Assembly (NCBI GenBank): GCA_963821525.1
Contig: CAWGED010000005.1
Location: forward strand, 960,001-1,024,000
Reading direction: 5' to 3'
From: an uncultured Gemmatimonadales bacterium
GTDB lineage: Bacteria; Gemmatimonadota; Gemmatimonadetes; Gemmatimonadales; GWC2-71-9
Length of the DNA stretch: 64,000 nucleotides
This document shows, piece by piece, positions 24,037 through 33,899 of this stretch. The position numbers were made by a program, and so were the translations under genes. The notes under the pieces were generated by a model. The model was not told the origin of the DNA and ran no database searches. It saw only the letters and a list, made by a program, of their open reading frames with translations. Each line of letters begins with the position of its first letter. Positions within the stretch are counted from its first letter, which is position 1.

Positions 24037-24086
24037 ATCCGCGCCTTCGACTGAAGGGACTCTATCCCTTCCGACCAGGCGGCTTG
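24037..24086. repeat. Structured 50-bp repeat, copy 2
   Basis: ATCCGCGCCTTCGACTGAAGGGA-CTCTA-TCCCTTCCGACCAGGCGGCTTG. Confidence 0.85.
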
Positions 24087-24234
24087 ACCTTGAGTCAAGC
24101 CTGCACCGTTTGATCCTTTCGCAGGTTAGGGATATCGTGGGGTCCGCGTCAAGGGGGCCGCACACATATTGATGACGGGTGCTTCCCAGCTTGCGAGCCT
24201 GCATTACTTTTCGTCCTCGCTTTTTCGTTTCAAT

Positions 24235-24271
24235 GGACAGGTGTCCGAGTGGCTGAAGGAGCCGGTCTCGA
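24235..24271 (+). repeat. Exact copy of the tRNA-Ser(CGA) 5' half (37 bp, ends at the anticodon)
   Basis: GGACAGGTGTCCGAGTGGCTGAAGGAGCCGGTCTCGA is identical to 24365-24401. Confidence 0.92.
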
Positions 24272-24364
24272 CCGGGGCTCAAGCCCCGGCTCGGCAGTTG
24301 TCGCTGAAGCGACATTCAACGATGCTGATGGCTGACGGCTGATGGCTGATGGCTTGCAATAGCA

Positions 24365-24451
24365 GGACAGGTGTCCGAGTGGCTGAAGGAGCCGGTCTCG
24401 AAAACCGGTAAACCCGTAAGGGTTTCGAGGGTTCGAATCCCTCCCTGTCCG
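24365..24451 (+). tRNA. tRNA-Ser(CGA)
   Basis: Acceptor GGACAGG/CCTGTCC, anticodon arm CCGGT-CTCGAAA-ACCGG, long variable arm, GGTTCGAATCC; CCA not encoded. Confidence 0.96.
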
Positions 24452-24645
24452 TGTTCTCCTCTCACTGAAATTTTCTTCAGCGTCCCCATCTTCTTCTCAA
24501 TGCCTCCCTGTAGCATCGCTTACCACCCTCGCCTGTGGCGGCCTTACCACTCTTACGGAGAGTTCGCCGAGCGGTAAGTTGGCGCCCGTTCCTCCGGCGG
24601 TCCCGGTGAGGTCCGGCCGGATCTTGCAGGTCCCTTTAATAGGAG

Positions 24646-25383
24646 ATGAACAGGATGCGCCTCCCCTCCTAATCACACGTTGGGCCGCGGTCGATCAGGT
24701 CCATGGCGGTTCTCTCGGGATTCATCGCGCTGGGACTCGGAGCCTGCAGTTCCGACGATAACGGCGGCGGCGGTGGTGGCGCGGGGACGTCATCCTTCGT
24801 CGGCACCGTGGTAGGCGGAACCAACAACGACGAAAGCGGATCGCTCACCTTCGATATTGCGGGAGCCGCTCTCGCGCCCCCGGCCTCGTTCACCACGATG
24901 TCGTCGGCAACACTCACGGTGACGGGCACCCTGACCCTGGTGAGTCCCGGCGGCGGGCACCATCCCCTCACCGGAACGTATGATCCGCGACCAACGTACT
25001 CGAGCTTTCGGGCGGCGGCTATACGTTCACCGGCCTCTTCGACGGCAACAGCCGTTTGGAGGGGACCTACAACAGGCAACAACGGCCCCGGATTGTTCGT
25101 ACCGCGCTGATCTCGGCACGCAGTCGCCTTCTGCGGTACCTTCGCGGGGACGACGACGGGACTTGGAATTTCGTAGTGAATGGGACGGTGCTTTCCGGAA
25201 GAGCCCTGAATTCGTCCGGCAGCCCTCCCCTGGACGGGACAGTAGCCGGCGCGGGTCAGATCGTCAACCCGGGCAATCCTGCCGGGCCACCCTGGCTACC
25301 GGTACCATCACCGGTACCAGCGCGACCGGAACCTGGGATACCGGGCAGGTCAAGCGGAACCTGGGCCGGCAACGGCTGCTGAA
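24646..25383 (+). CDS. Gly/Thr-rich beta-rich lipoprotein (frameshifted)
   Basis: AGGAG RBS before ATG at 24646; lipobox LGAC followed by SSDDNGGGGG; GTY/GTW repeats across frames. Confidence 0.55.
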
Positions 25384-25396
25384 CTCCAGATTGCAG

Positions 25397-25450
25397 CGCG
25401 GCGCGGGGGCCTGAGATCTTCCAACAGGCTTTCCGCGCCGCGTTTTTTTT
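25397..25450 (+). terminator. Rho-independent terminator
   Basis: CGCGGCGCGG...CCGCGCCGCG stem followed by T8. Confidence 0.8.
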
Positions 25451-25659
25451 GCCGCAGATGAACGCAGATAAACGCAGAGTTCGCGATCATATTAGCCAAT
25501 GCCTCTTATTCAGAGGCAATTTATCGATCGGCAACAGGCTTCATCTCGGAGAGTTTGGTAGAGGCCGCGGATCAACGCGGATGAAGAAGCTCGGTTGATT
25601 CAATAGGTGGGGCCAGTACCCCTGCAGGTTATCTGCGTTTATCTGCGTTTATCTGCGGC
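25451..25659. repeat. Inverted 9-mer tandem repeat element
   Basis: GCCGCAGATGAACGCAGATAAACGCAGA ... ATCTGCGTTTATCTGCGTTTATCTGCGGC. Confidence 0.85.
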
Positions 25660-25698
25660 TGAATCAAGGCCTCCTATTCACGCGGCAATTCGGTAAGA

Positions 25699-26692
25699 AT
25701 GCAGGGCATCGATCGTTTCGTCGGATCCTTCCTCGGTCTCTGTCTGGGCGACGCGCTCGGAGCCCCAGTCGAGGCCGCCTCACCCGATGTCGCACGTCTC
25801 TACGTCGATCAGGAATGCGGGCCGGAAGAGCGGGCCATCGCGGCCGCGGCGAGTTCCCCTTCGGTCAGGTCACCGACGACTCACAACTCGCGCGCGAGCT
25901 GCTGATCTCCATCGCCGAGCGAAGGGAAGCCGATCCGGCGCACTTCGCAGTCGCGCCTCGGCGATCTGGTCGCCACGAACCGGGTGATCGGGGCAGGGCC
26001 GGGCACTATCGCGACTGGAGGGCGACTGCAGCAGGGCATCCCCTGGAATCAGGCGGGAGAGCCCGCACCATACTGCGGCAATGGCGCCGCCATGCGCGTG
26101 GCACCGCTCGGCGTGCTCTGGGCCGACGATTCGTCGCGCCTCATGCGAGCAGTGGTGGAGCAGGCTCGGGTGACTCACCACGATCCCCGTTGTGCCGCGG
26201 GCGCGGTTGCGATTGCCGCGGCCAGCATGGTCGCCTGCCGGTCCGACCGGCTCGACCCTCACGAGGTGTGTACCGAACTCGCTCGCCTTGCGGGTCAGGT
26301 GGACACGGGGATGGCCGCCGCAATCGAGAAGGTGGAGCGTTTGGTGGCGATGGATCCGGAAGCAGGCCACAGCACTCGTTCATCGCGAACGTCCGGAGGC
26401 CGACTCAGGCAGTACGTGGCGCGGGGTGTCGAGCGAGGTTACCGGCAGCGTGTGCTGGAGTCTCTACGCCTTTCTCCGGTCTCCGGACGATTACTGGGAA
26501 ACGGTCTGTACCGCGATCGGCGCCGGCGGCGACACCGATACCACCGCCGCGATGGCCGGCGGAATCGTCGGTGCGCGTGTTGGCTTGAAGGGTCTGCCGC
26601 AGGAACTTCTCGCCCGGCTGAATGACCAGGGAGAATGGAGGGTCGCCGAGCTTACCAGGCTGGCCCAGCGCTGCTACGAGGCGTGCCGGTGA
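25699..26692 (+). CDS. ADP-ribosylglycohydrolase (DraG/ARH family), frameshifted
   Basis: GLCLGDALGAPVE, GQVTDDSQL, GNGAAMRVAPLG, VTHHDP, GGDTDTTAAMAG. Confidence 0.9.
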
Positions 26693-26731
26693 AGGGCGGC
26701 GATGTCGCCGCCCTCATCCCGGCTACGAGTA

Positions 26732-27643
26732 TCACTGCTTGAGATTCGATTTGAGCTTGGCGATATCGAGAAGCGGTAGCCCACCTTCGGTAGGAACCAG
26801 CACGACCAAATTGTTCGATGACTTCATGTCGTGCAGCACCTCGAGGTATTGCTTGGTCAGGGCCTCGGCGGTCAGGGTCTGATTCAGCAGCCGCTGCTGG
26901 TCGCTCTGCAGCCGCGCGACCTCGACCCGGTGACGCTCGGTCTCGATCTGCTGTTCCTGCGCGATCTTGTTGTTGATGGCCTGGACGACCTGCTCGGGCG
27001 GCTGCAGGTCACGGAGAAAGAACGCCGTCACCTCGGCGATCCGGAACGGCTCCCCGCCCGCCCGGGCTGGGTAATGAGAGCGGAATCGACCAGGGCCTGC
27101 ATCGCCTCCGCGATCTTGGTTCGCTGGGAAATGTCGTTGATCGAGAACCGCACCATCCCGTCCCGCACGCCTTTGCGGATCGCGTTGCGCACGATCGAAT
27201 GGATCTGCTCCTCGGTCCCGATCTCGTTGAAGATCTTCGGGGCGCCTGGGGGTTGATCTGCCAGCGGAGCCCGCATCCACCGTCATTCCCATCTGTTCGC
27301 TGGAGAGGGCGGCGATGGTTTCCACCTGCTCGCCCTCCGCCGGGTATTGCTCCTCGCGGGCGGAGTAGCGCTCGATGGACGACCACGGCGCCACCATGTG
27401 AATGCCGGGCAGCAGCGGCTGGGGATCCACGGTGCCGAAGGCGTGCTTGACTCCGACCTGGCCCGGGTCGACGACCACCACCAATGCCGCGAGAATGATC
27501 AGGATTCCGAACGTCGCGAATGCCAGGGAAAAGATCCGGAGCAGGCCTGCCACCGGGCGCCCGGCCGTGGTCGAGCCGGAGCGGGCCAGCATGAGGAAGA
27601 ACGCGATAAGCAGCAGCAGACCGCCGAAGATCAGCTTACCCAT
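26732..27643 (-). CDS. SPFH/prohibitin-family membrane protein (frameshifted)
   Basis: Two N-terminal TM helices, VVVDPGQVGV..FG...LPGIH..PW, LRDLQPPEQVVQAINNKI coiled coil. Confidence 0.82.
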   Translation of the reverse strand: MGKLIFGGLLLLIAFFLMLARSGSTTAGRPVAGLLRIFSLAFATFGILIILAALVVVVDPGQVGVKHAFGTVDPQPLLPGIHMVAPWSSIERYSAREEQYPAEGEQVETIAALSSEQMGMTVDAGSAGRSTPRRPEDLQRDRDRGADPFDRAQRDPQRRAGRDGAVLDQRHFPANQDRGGDAGPGRFRSHYPARAGGEPFRIAEVTAFFLRDLQPPEQVVQAINNKIAQEQQIETERHRVEVARLQSDQQRLLNQTLTAEALTKQYLEVLHDMKSSNNLVVLVPTEGGLPLLDIAKLKSNLKQ

Positions 27644-27683
27644 GGATGGCTCTGGTTGGGGGTGCGGGGAGTATAGGGGGAAA

Positions 27684-27811
27684 GGGTCGAAAGTCGATAG
27701 TCGATGGTCAGTGGTCCTTGGTCTTAGACCTCGCGTCCCTATCCTCGGTTTGGGCTTTGCGCGGACCCAACACCCATGACCTATGACCATCGACCATTGA
27801 CCATCGACCAC
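27684..27811. repeat. Inverted 7-mer tandem repeat element
   Basis: GTCGAAA GTCGATA GTCGATG GTCAGTG GTC ... GACCTAT GACCATC GACCATT GACCATC GACC. Confidence 0.8.
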
Positions 27812-27826
27812 CTTCGATCGTCTTCA

Positions 27827-27856
27827 TTGACGTTCCCCGGCCGCCACCGCTAATTT
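27827..27856 (+). promoter_or_regulatory. Putative sigma70 promoter of tRNA-Ser(GGA)
   Basis: TTGACG-N18-TAATTT followed by a GC-rich discriminator. Confidence 0.55.
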
Positions 27857-27874
27857 GCCCGCCCCGATCCACCA

Positions 27875-27962
27875 GGACAGATGGCCGAGTGGTTTAAGGC
27901 GCACGCCTGGAGAGCGTGTATACGTCAAAAGCGTATCGAGGGTTCGAATCCCTCTCTGTCCG
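27875..27962 (+). tRNA. tRNA-Ser(GGA)
   Basis: Acceptor GGACAGA/TCTGTCC, anticodon arm CACGC-CTGGAGA-GCGTG, long variable arm, GGTTCGAATCC. Confidence 0.96.
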
Positions 27963-28472
27963 TTGGCGGCGCAATGACTTCCTGGTCGGTGCGCCGTTCG
28001 CTTTCAGGGAGCCGGGCGAGTCGGTCGGGGCCAAATCGGGGCGTTTTCCCCGGGGAGTGTGGGCCCCGGGATGCGATTTCGTGCTCGGCGGGAGCCAGAG
28101 CGGCCGTCGTCGCCCGGGCCGACGCGGGACTGTGGGTTTGCGGGCCGCACTCGACTATTTTTATGATGCTCCTGCACCCCAAGTCTCGCGAAAGGATTCG
28201 CTGTGTTTCTGCCACTCGCCGTGCCCCACTCCCGAGCCCCAGCGCTCGGCGTACTACCAGCCGCTTGATGTTCGCCATGAATTCCCGCACCCCGACGACC
28301 GCCACGAGGAGGATTACACACCCATCTTCGTAATCGGCGGAAGTGCCATCACGTCCACGGCCACGCCCGAGAGTATCGCGCCGCTGCCCTACCAGATTAT
28401 CGGCCTCGATGGCCAGTACTCCTCGAACACCACGGACGGCCGGTTCGATTAGCACGCGGGGGGCACACCGGG

Positions 28473-29095
28473 ATGGATAGCGACACGTTCTACAAGCACC
28501 CGTTCGCCAGCGCTGTCTTCACGGACATGGGGCCATACTTATCCGCGAGCGTAGAGCACACGTATACCACCTACGAAAAGACCGGAGCGTTCCCGCCCAA
28601 GGTTACGGAACCCGTCGACGCCATATATGGATGGGAGGTCGTGCTGCGGCTCTCTCGCTCAACGTACGCCTCGATCGGCTGAATGAGGCGGTGCGGCTGA
28701 TTGGCTACGCGCCGCCGCCGCCGCTGCTGGCGACATTGCAGGGCGATTGGGGAGCATGGCTGTCCTACCACTACGCGTGCTACACAGTGGCCCTCGCGGG
28801 CGTGGGGACTTGTCGCTCATGATCACCAACGATGTGTTCGCGTTGGGGCTGGCGACGAAGCACTGCCGCGCGGACATCGTCAAGAACCACCGGCGAGCTG
28901 AAGGGCACCCCCGTCAAGGCCGCCCTGGATGAACTAGAGGGCGTGGTGAAGACCCACCGCTCGGCGAAAAATCTGTACTATCACCAAGGGAAAGGACCCG
29001 ATCTCGCCGAGGTTCGCAGAAGGGCGCTTACCCGTACCTTGAGAAGCTCGCCGTTTACAATCGGCTCGCCCCCAAAGCTTCCCGCACTCGCATGA
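28473..29095 (+). CDS. Putative HEPN-domain protein (Cthe_2314-like), frameshifted
   Basis: Reconstructed across frames: WLSYHYACY...DLSLMITNDVFALGL...C...VKAALDEL...HRSAKNLYYH; family assignment from recalled pattern only. Confidence 0.45.
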
Positions 29096-29413
29096 TCCGG
29101 CGGGGCTATCGTGCGGAAGCCGCAGCGCTCGTCGCGCGCCTGGAGCCAGAGATGGGCACCCTCCCTCGCCGCGTTGCATCACCTGTTCGATGCGTGGCAG
29201 CCGGAGTACCTCAACGCCGCACATCCGCCGGGGGCGGCTCTCCGCCAACACTCCAAGTACTCCGCCGCCTCGTACACCAGCGCAATCTCCGCCACTGGGC
29301 GGCCAGCAAGGATCAGGTCGAACACGATGGAAGCAGCGAGGTGGTTGGCGCGAGTGAGCATCAAGCCATGTTTGCTGGCTACCGTCGACCGAGCGTCAAA
29401 TCAGGCGTAGGCT

Positions 29414-30306
29414 ATGATTTGTCCGATTTGCAATGTCGAGGGGGCAACCGTCACTAGCGCGCATCCTACGAAGGATCAGGACGAGCTCGACGCCCGCGCT
29501 GCGGTAGGTTCTGGCTGGATCGGCTTGTTTCGGCCGTGATCGCGCAGTCCTGGAATGCAAAGCGGTATCTCCTCTCCGACGCGATTTGAAGGGCGTCAGA
29601 CAAGGGTGAAAAGCCAGAGGTGTCCGCGGCCACTCTCGAGGCTCTGGCTGATACCGTACGGGCACCTAGAAGCCTCATGGAGGGCGTCGAGCGCGCGCTG
29701 GAGGTCCTGGCTTCAAAGGCGGGACGGTACAACGCACGCGTGAACTTTAACAATGAGGTGGACTACCCACTCATTGTCGCCAGCAGTCCTACCCAGCTCA
29801 ACGAGTTTGTTCACTTTGCCCGCGAGCTCTGGCCTTTACGACAATGAGAGCCGCATCACCTTTAACGGCTGGCAGCGGGTTGAGGAATTACGGGCGCGCC
29901 GTCCCTCTTCGCCTCAAGCGTTCGTCGCGATGTGGTTTCACGCGTCGCTGGAGGACGCTTGGGAAAATGGGTTGAGAAGCCCGGAATAGAGGCCTCCTGG
30001 CTCGATTTACAGCCCTGCGGATCGACAAGTAAAGAACACAACAATAAGATCGATGACGAGATTGTCGCGGAGATTCGACGGAGTGGCCTTGTCGTTGCTG
30101 ACTTCACGGGCGATAGGGGCGGGGTGTATTTCGAAGCCGGGTTGGCTCAGGGCTTGGGAATTCCGGTGATCTGGACATGCAGGGCGGACGGGATAGCTGA
30201 AGTTCATTTCGACACGCGACAGTACAGCCACATTGTTTGGGAAACGCCTGCCGAGCTTCAGAGGTCACTCGACCAACGAATCCGCGCCACGGTACTCCTC
30301 AAGTAG
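29414..30306 (+). CDS. Zn-ribbon plus nucleoside-2-deoxyribosyltransferase-like domain protein, frameshifted
   Basis: MICPIC...(C)PRCG N-terminus; C-terminal QAFVAMWF, HNNKIDDEIVAEIRRS, VVADFTGDRGGVYFEAG, IPVIWTC, HFDTRQY. Confidence 0.72.
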
Positions 30307-30325
30307 CCTCAGCGTTATCGCATCT

Positions 30326-30703
30326 TCATCGTTTTACGCCCGGCCCCTCGGCCGCCTCGAAGTGGTGGGTAAAAACGAACCGCCGGTTCGGATTCAGGAA
30401 CGGGTCGCCCGGCGCCTCGATCCACAGCCCCCAGTCCTCTAACGTGTCCAGCACCTTGAACGTCGCACCGCGTTCGAGTGAGGGATACTGCCGAGGGAAC
30501 TGCGCGCGGAGGCGGACGTAGCGGTCATGGCCGAACCTACCACGGCGGACGGATGGGAGCGCAACAGGTCGCCTCAGCCCGGATGCTCGGGGGATGGGCG
30601 CGATCTCGTCCGTCAGGCGGCCGTCCAGCTCGTCGTAGACGCGGTGGAGAAACCAATCGACCGATGTAGATGCCGAATGCCTCATTGAGAGCGGGATCGT
30701 CAT
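30326..30703 (-). CDS. Hypothetical protein
   Basis: 125-aa ORF starting 3 nt after the MBL hydrolase stop; no recognised motif. Confidence 0.35.
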   Translation of the reverse strand: MTIPLSMRHSASTSVDWFLHRVYDELDGRLTDEIAPIPRASGLRRPVALPSVRRGRFGHDRYVRLRAQFPRQYPSLERGATFKVLDTLEDWGLWIEAPGDPFLNPNRRFVFTHHFEAAEGPGVKR

Positions 30704-30706
30704 GGG

Positions 30707-31675
30707 TCAGCTGAGCATCAAACCACGCACGCTGTCGGCGGCGACCGCCCGGGCCTGCTCCACGTCCAGTCCCTCCGCTTTCGCCGCCCGTCCCACGCGA
30801 AGCAGCGACTCCATTAGGGCGATATTGGTCCGCAACAGGGCCTTGTCCCGCAGCGGCTCCCCGTGGCCGGGAATAAGGACGGTGGCATCCAGGGTGTCGA
30901 TCCCCTTGAGCGTGCGAGGAGCCAGCCGGTTGGATAACATCCGAGCGCGAAGGAAATCGGGTTGACCAGCAGATCTCCGGTCACGACGATCTTCTCCTGG
31001 GGGAGATAGAGAAAGGCGTCGCCGGGGGTGACCGCGCGATCGTAGTGGAGCACCCGGATTTCGCGCTCGCCGAGATAGATCGTCAGCGTCTCGGTGAAGG
31101 TGACGTTCGAGACGGTGTGGTGGACTCCCCGTTTCTGGTCGAGGAAGAACTGGTCATCGCGCAAATGGTGCTGCAGCTGCTCGACCCGCGCCGAGGCGGA
31201 GTCCTTGGCCCTCGCTTCATCAAGCGCCGCGGCAACCGCGCCGATGTGACCGGGAAGCTGCTCGTCGAGTCCCGGTTGGTTGAAGGCCAGGGCGGGCCCA
31301 GCATCATCTCCCGGGTCTTCTCGTGGGTGATGATCTGAATATCGGAAACGCCTCCCGGTAGACTTCCGCGCCGTACCAGTGATCCCAGTGCCAGTGCGAG
31401 ATGACGAGGTAGCGGACCGGCTGGGGGGTGAGACGGCGAATCTCCACGAGGACGGCCGCGGCGCTGCTGCTGGTGTTCCATTAGCGTCGAACACGAGCAC
31501 CCCGTCTCGCGAAACGATCGCGATCGCATTTCCATCGAGCCCACATCGCTGTAGGGCGAGGTCATGAAGAGGTAGATCCCCTCTGCGACCTGGGTCGTTT
31601 GGGCGGCGAGAAGGTTTGCGCGCCGAGTGGTAGGGGCAAAACCAATAGGACCAGGATCCACGCTGGCTTGAGCAT
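30707..31675 (-). CDS. Secreted MBL-fold metallo-hydrolase (frameshifted)
   Basis: Signal MLKPAWILVLLVLPLPLGAQ; ISHWHWDHWYG (HxHxDH), TPGD, VVTGDL, LIPGHG. Confidence 0.82.
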
Positions 31676-31906
31676 TCCGAACCTGTGTTCTCAGTGGATT
31701 TGAGGTGCCCTGCGGGTAGCATTTGGGACGAGTCGGCGCACCGAAAGGATTCACACCCTGGCCGTGCGTCAGGGTGGCGCGAGACGTACCGTGATCCGAA
31801 GTTCGGGATCTGGCGATACTGGCCGCGCCGGGCTGGGGTGGTCATGCGTGGAGTCGGCGCCCTTCTAATCTTTGCCATTCGTTACGGCATCACTTCCTCT
31901 GATTGC

Positions 31907-32674
31907 TCAGGGATTGATGATCCTCGTCAATCCGGTGTTGACGGTCCCACCTTTCACATCCAGCTCGTTGACGATCCCAACGCCCGGGCAGTAGTACTTG
32001 TTCTCGAGTGCGTCAGGCTCGAGCGGCGTGAATTCTTCCTGTTTCAGGCAGTGGGTGAAGGTGCCGTAGGGAACGGTGATCGTCGCGTTCAGATCGATCA
32101 CTCGCGCCTTGTCCTCGGCAACCCCCGGGGCGAACTCCTGCGGCGTGACCTGGCCCAGCTTGGGATGGACCCGCATCAAGATGCCGGCCTTGGCGCCGTT
32201 CTTCCCGGCCTCGAACGATCCGGCGGTACTCACGACTTTGCCGTTGTCGTACTCCTTGGTATCCTCGCCGAAATACCAGACATTGCCTTCCTTGTCCTGG
32301 GCATACCAATCGAAGGTCTTCTCCTTGAGCTCACCATTGAGGAAGACCCGATCGAGGACGACGGTCACGGCCACGCCCAGAATAGTCTTGTGACCCAGGG
32401 TGATATCGGTAACGACCGTTTCGGGCAGGTCATCTTCGGTTCCGCGGTAGATCAGCCTTCGGCCAAGCGGTAGAGGGAACAGCGGGTTGGTCACCCCCGG
32501 CACGAAGGCGTTGGGATCGAACACGGGAAGGTCGGCGACGCCGGCGGGGAAGTGAGGGGTCAGGACCGGTGCCTGATCGCTGCCCATTGCGGAGGGATCG
32601 GTCAAATCCTGGGAATGACAAGCCAGGGCAACAGTGGATACCAGCACGATTCGAGAAAGCGATCGGGTACGCAT
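31907..32674 (-). CDS. Conserved hypothetical lipoprotein
   Basis: Lipobox ALAC; GGAG RBS; DWYAQDKEGNVWYFGE and KYYCPGVG motifs. Confidence 0.7.
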   Translation of the reverse strand: MRTRSLSRIVLVSTVALACHSQDLTDPSAMGSDQAPVLTPHFPAGVADLPVFDPNAFVPGVTNPLFPLPLGRRLIYRGTEDDLPETVVTDITLGHKTILGVAVTVVLDRVFLNGELKEKTFDWYAQDKEGNVWYFGEDTKEYDNGKVVSTAGSFEAGKNGAKAGILMRVHPKLGQVTPQEFAPGVAEDKARVIDLNATITVPYGTFTHCLKQEEFTPLEPDALENKYYCPGVGIVNELDVKGGTVNTGLTRIINP

Positions 32675-32796
32675 GAGGCGGTCTCCTGGGGATGTGGGTT
32701 CGCCTCAGCCCTGCTGCCTGGGCGGGCGTCATCTCAGGAACCGGGGAGAACTCGCCTTGTGACACCACCTCCTCCTTGCTAGCTTCCCGGCTCAGC

Positions 32797-33336
32797 ATGC
32801 CCACCCGCACGCCCCTCCTCGATGCCCGGGCGGTTACCCGCGCCCTCAATCGCATGGCTTCCGAGATCGTGGAGAAGTGCCACGGGACGGACGACCTCGT
32901 CCTGGTGGGAATCCAGCGCCGCGGTGTGCAGCTCGCCGAACGACTCGCCAAACTCATCGAATCCACCGAAGGCCATCCGATTGTCTCCGGCAAGCTGGAT
33001 ATCACCCTCTACAGGGACGATCTCCAGGCGGTCGGCCCCCGGCCGGTCGTGGGGGAGACCAAGCTGCCCGCGGACCTCGATGGCAAGACGGTCGTCATCG
33101 TGGACGACGTGCTCTACACCGGCCGGACCATCCGCGCGGCACTCGACGAGTTCGCCGACTTCGGTCGCCCGCGGCGGACCCTGCTCTGCGTGCTGGTGGA
33201 CCGGGGTGGTCGTGAGCTTCCTATCCAACCCGACATCGCGGGGACGACCATCAACACCACGCCGAACGACCGGGTGGACGTACTAGTCACCGAGCTGGAC
33301 GGTCGCGACGCGGTAGAGCTGGTGCGCGGCGATTGA
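32797..33336 (+). CDS. pyrR: Bifunctional pyr operon regulator / uracil phosphoribosyltransferase
   Basis: LDITLYRDD, VDDVLYTGRTIRAALD, VDRGGRELPIQPD. Confidence 0.95.
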   Translation: MPTRTPLLDARAVTRALNRMASEIVEKCHGTDDLVLVGIQRRGVQLAERLAKLIESTEGHPIVSGKLDITLYRDDLQAVGPRPVVGETKLPADLDGKTVVIVDDVLYTGRTIRAALDEFADFGRPRRTLLCVLVDRGGRELPIQPDIAGTTINTTPNDRVDVLVTELDGRDAVELVRGD

Positions 33337-33865
33337 ACTGCAAACTCAAACGCAGAGGCGCAGAGAACGCAGAGGCTTGATTTGATTACGAAGACACAAA
33401 GAACACGAGGAGCACAAACTCGAAACTGATTGAAGAAGCGAACGAACCATGCGCGCACGTGACGCAGGCTACCGGTCCGGAGAGCCCTTTGTGAACTTCG
33501 TGTCTTCGCGTTTGAACGGTAGTCCTCGACGCCCTCTGCGCCTCCGCGTTTCTCCTTGGGGGATACCTCAAGCGGAATCCTCCATGGCCGCTGCGTGACG
33601 ACCTCCCGCCTGGATGGGGAGACGCGGTTGAGCTGGCGCGAGGTGATTGAACTGCAAATCAAACGCAGAGGCGCAGAGAACGCAGAGGGCTTGATTCGAG
33701 CATGATGACAGAAGAACAAAGAATACAAAACACAAAAACCTGATTGAATAGTCGAATGAACCATGCGCGCACGTGACGGAGGCTACCGATCCGGAGAGCC
33801 CTTTGTGAACTTCGTGTCTTCGTGTTTGAACGGTAGCCCTCGGCGTCCTCTGCGCCTCCGCGTTT
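33295..33865. repeat. Two tandem diverged copies (314-bp period) of a nested inverted-repeat unit that includes the pyrR 3' end
   Basis: 33295-33551 vs 33610-33865; outer AAACGCAGAGGCGCAGAG/CTCTGCGCCTCCGCGTTT, inner CGAAGACACAAAG/CTTCGTGTCTTCG. Confidence 0.9.
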
Positions 33866-33899
33866 CGGCTGTTGGCCGCGAGGTGTGTGAGGAGTCTTC

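Noticed and set aside
24235..24364. Intron-containing or split tRNA
   Set aside because: The 5' half is followed by a complete tRNA rather than a lone 3' half, and the 93-bp insert is too short for a group I intron
24557..24600. Third tRNA-Ser-like start (GGAGAGTTCGCCGAGCGGTAAG)
   Set aside because: No T-arm or acceptor complement follows
27963..32700. Intact prophage or integrative element at tRNA-Ser(GGA)
   Set aside because: No integrase, phage genes or duplicated tRNA 3' end were found by eye
32675..32796. PyrR-binding attenuator upstream of pyrR
   Set aside because: No recognisable PyrR binding-loop consensus or terminator U-tract
33337..33865. CRISPR array or small ORFs in the pyrR-pyrB spacer
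   Set aside because: Only two long diverged units, no constant repeat with unique spacers, no cas genes; the ORFs are translations of repeats
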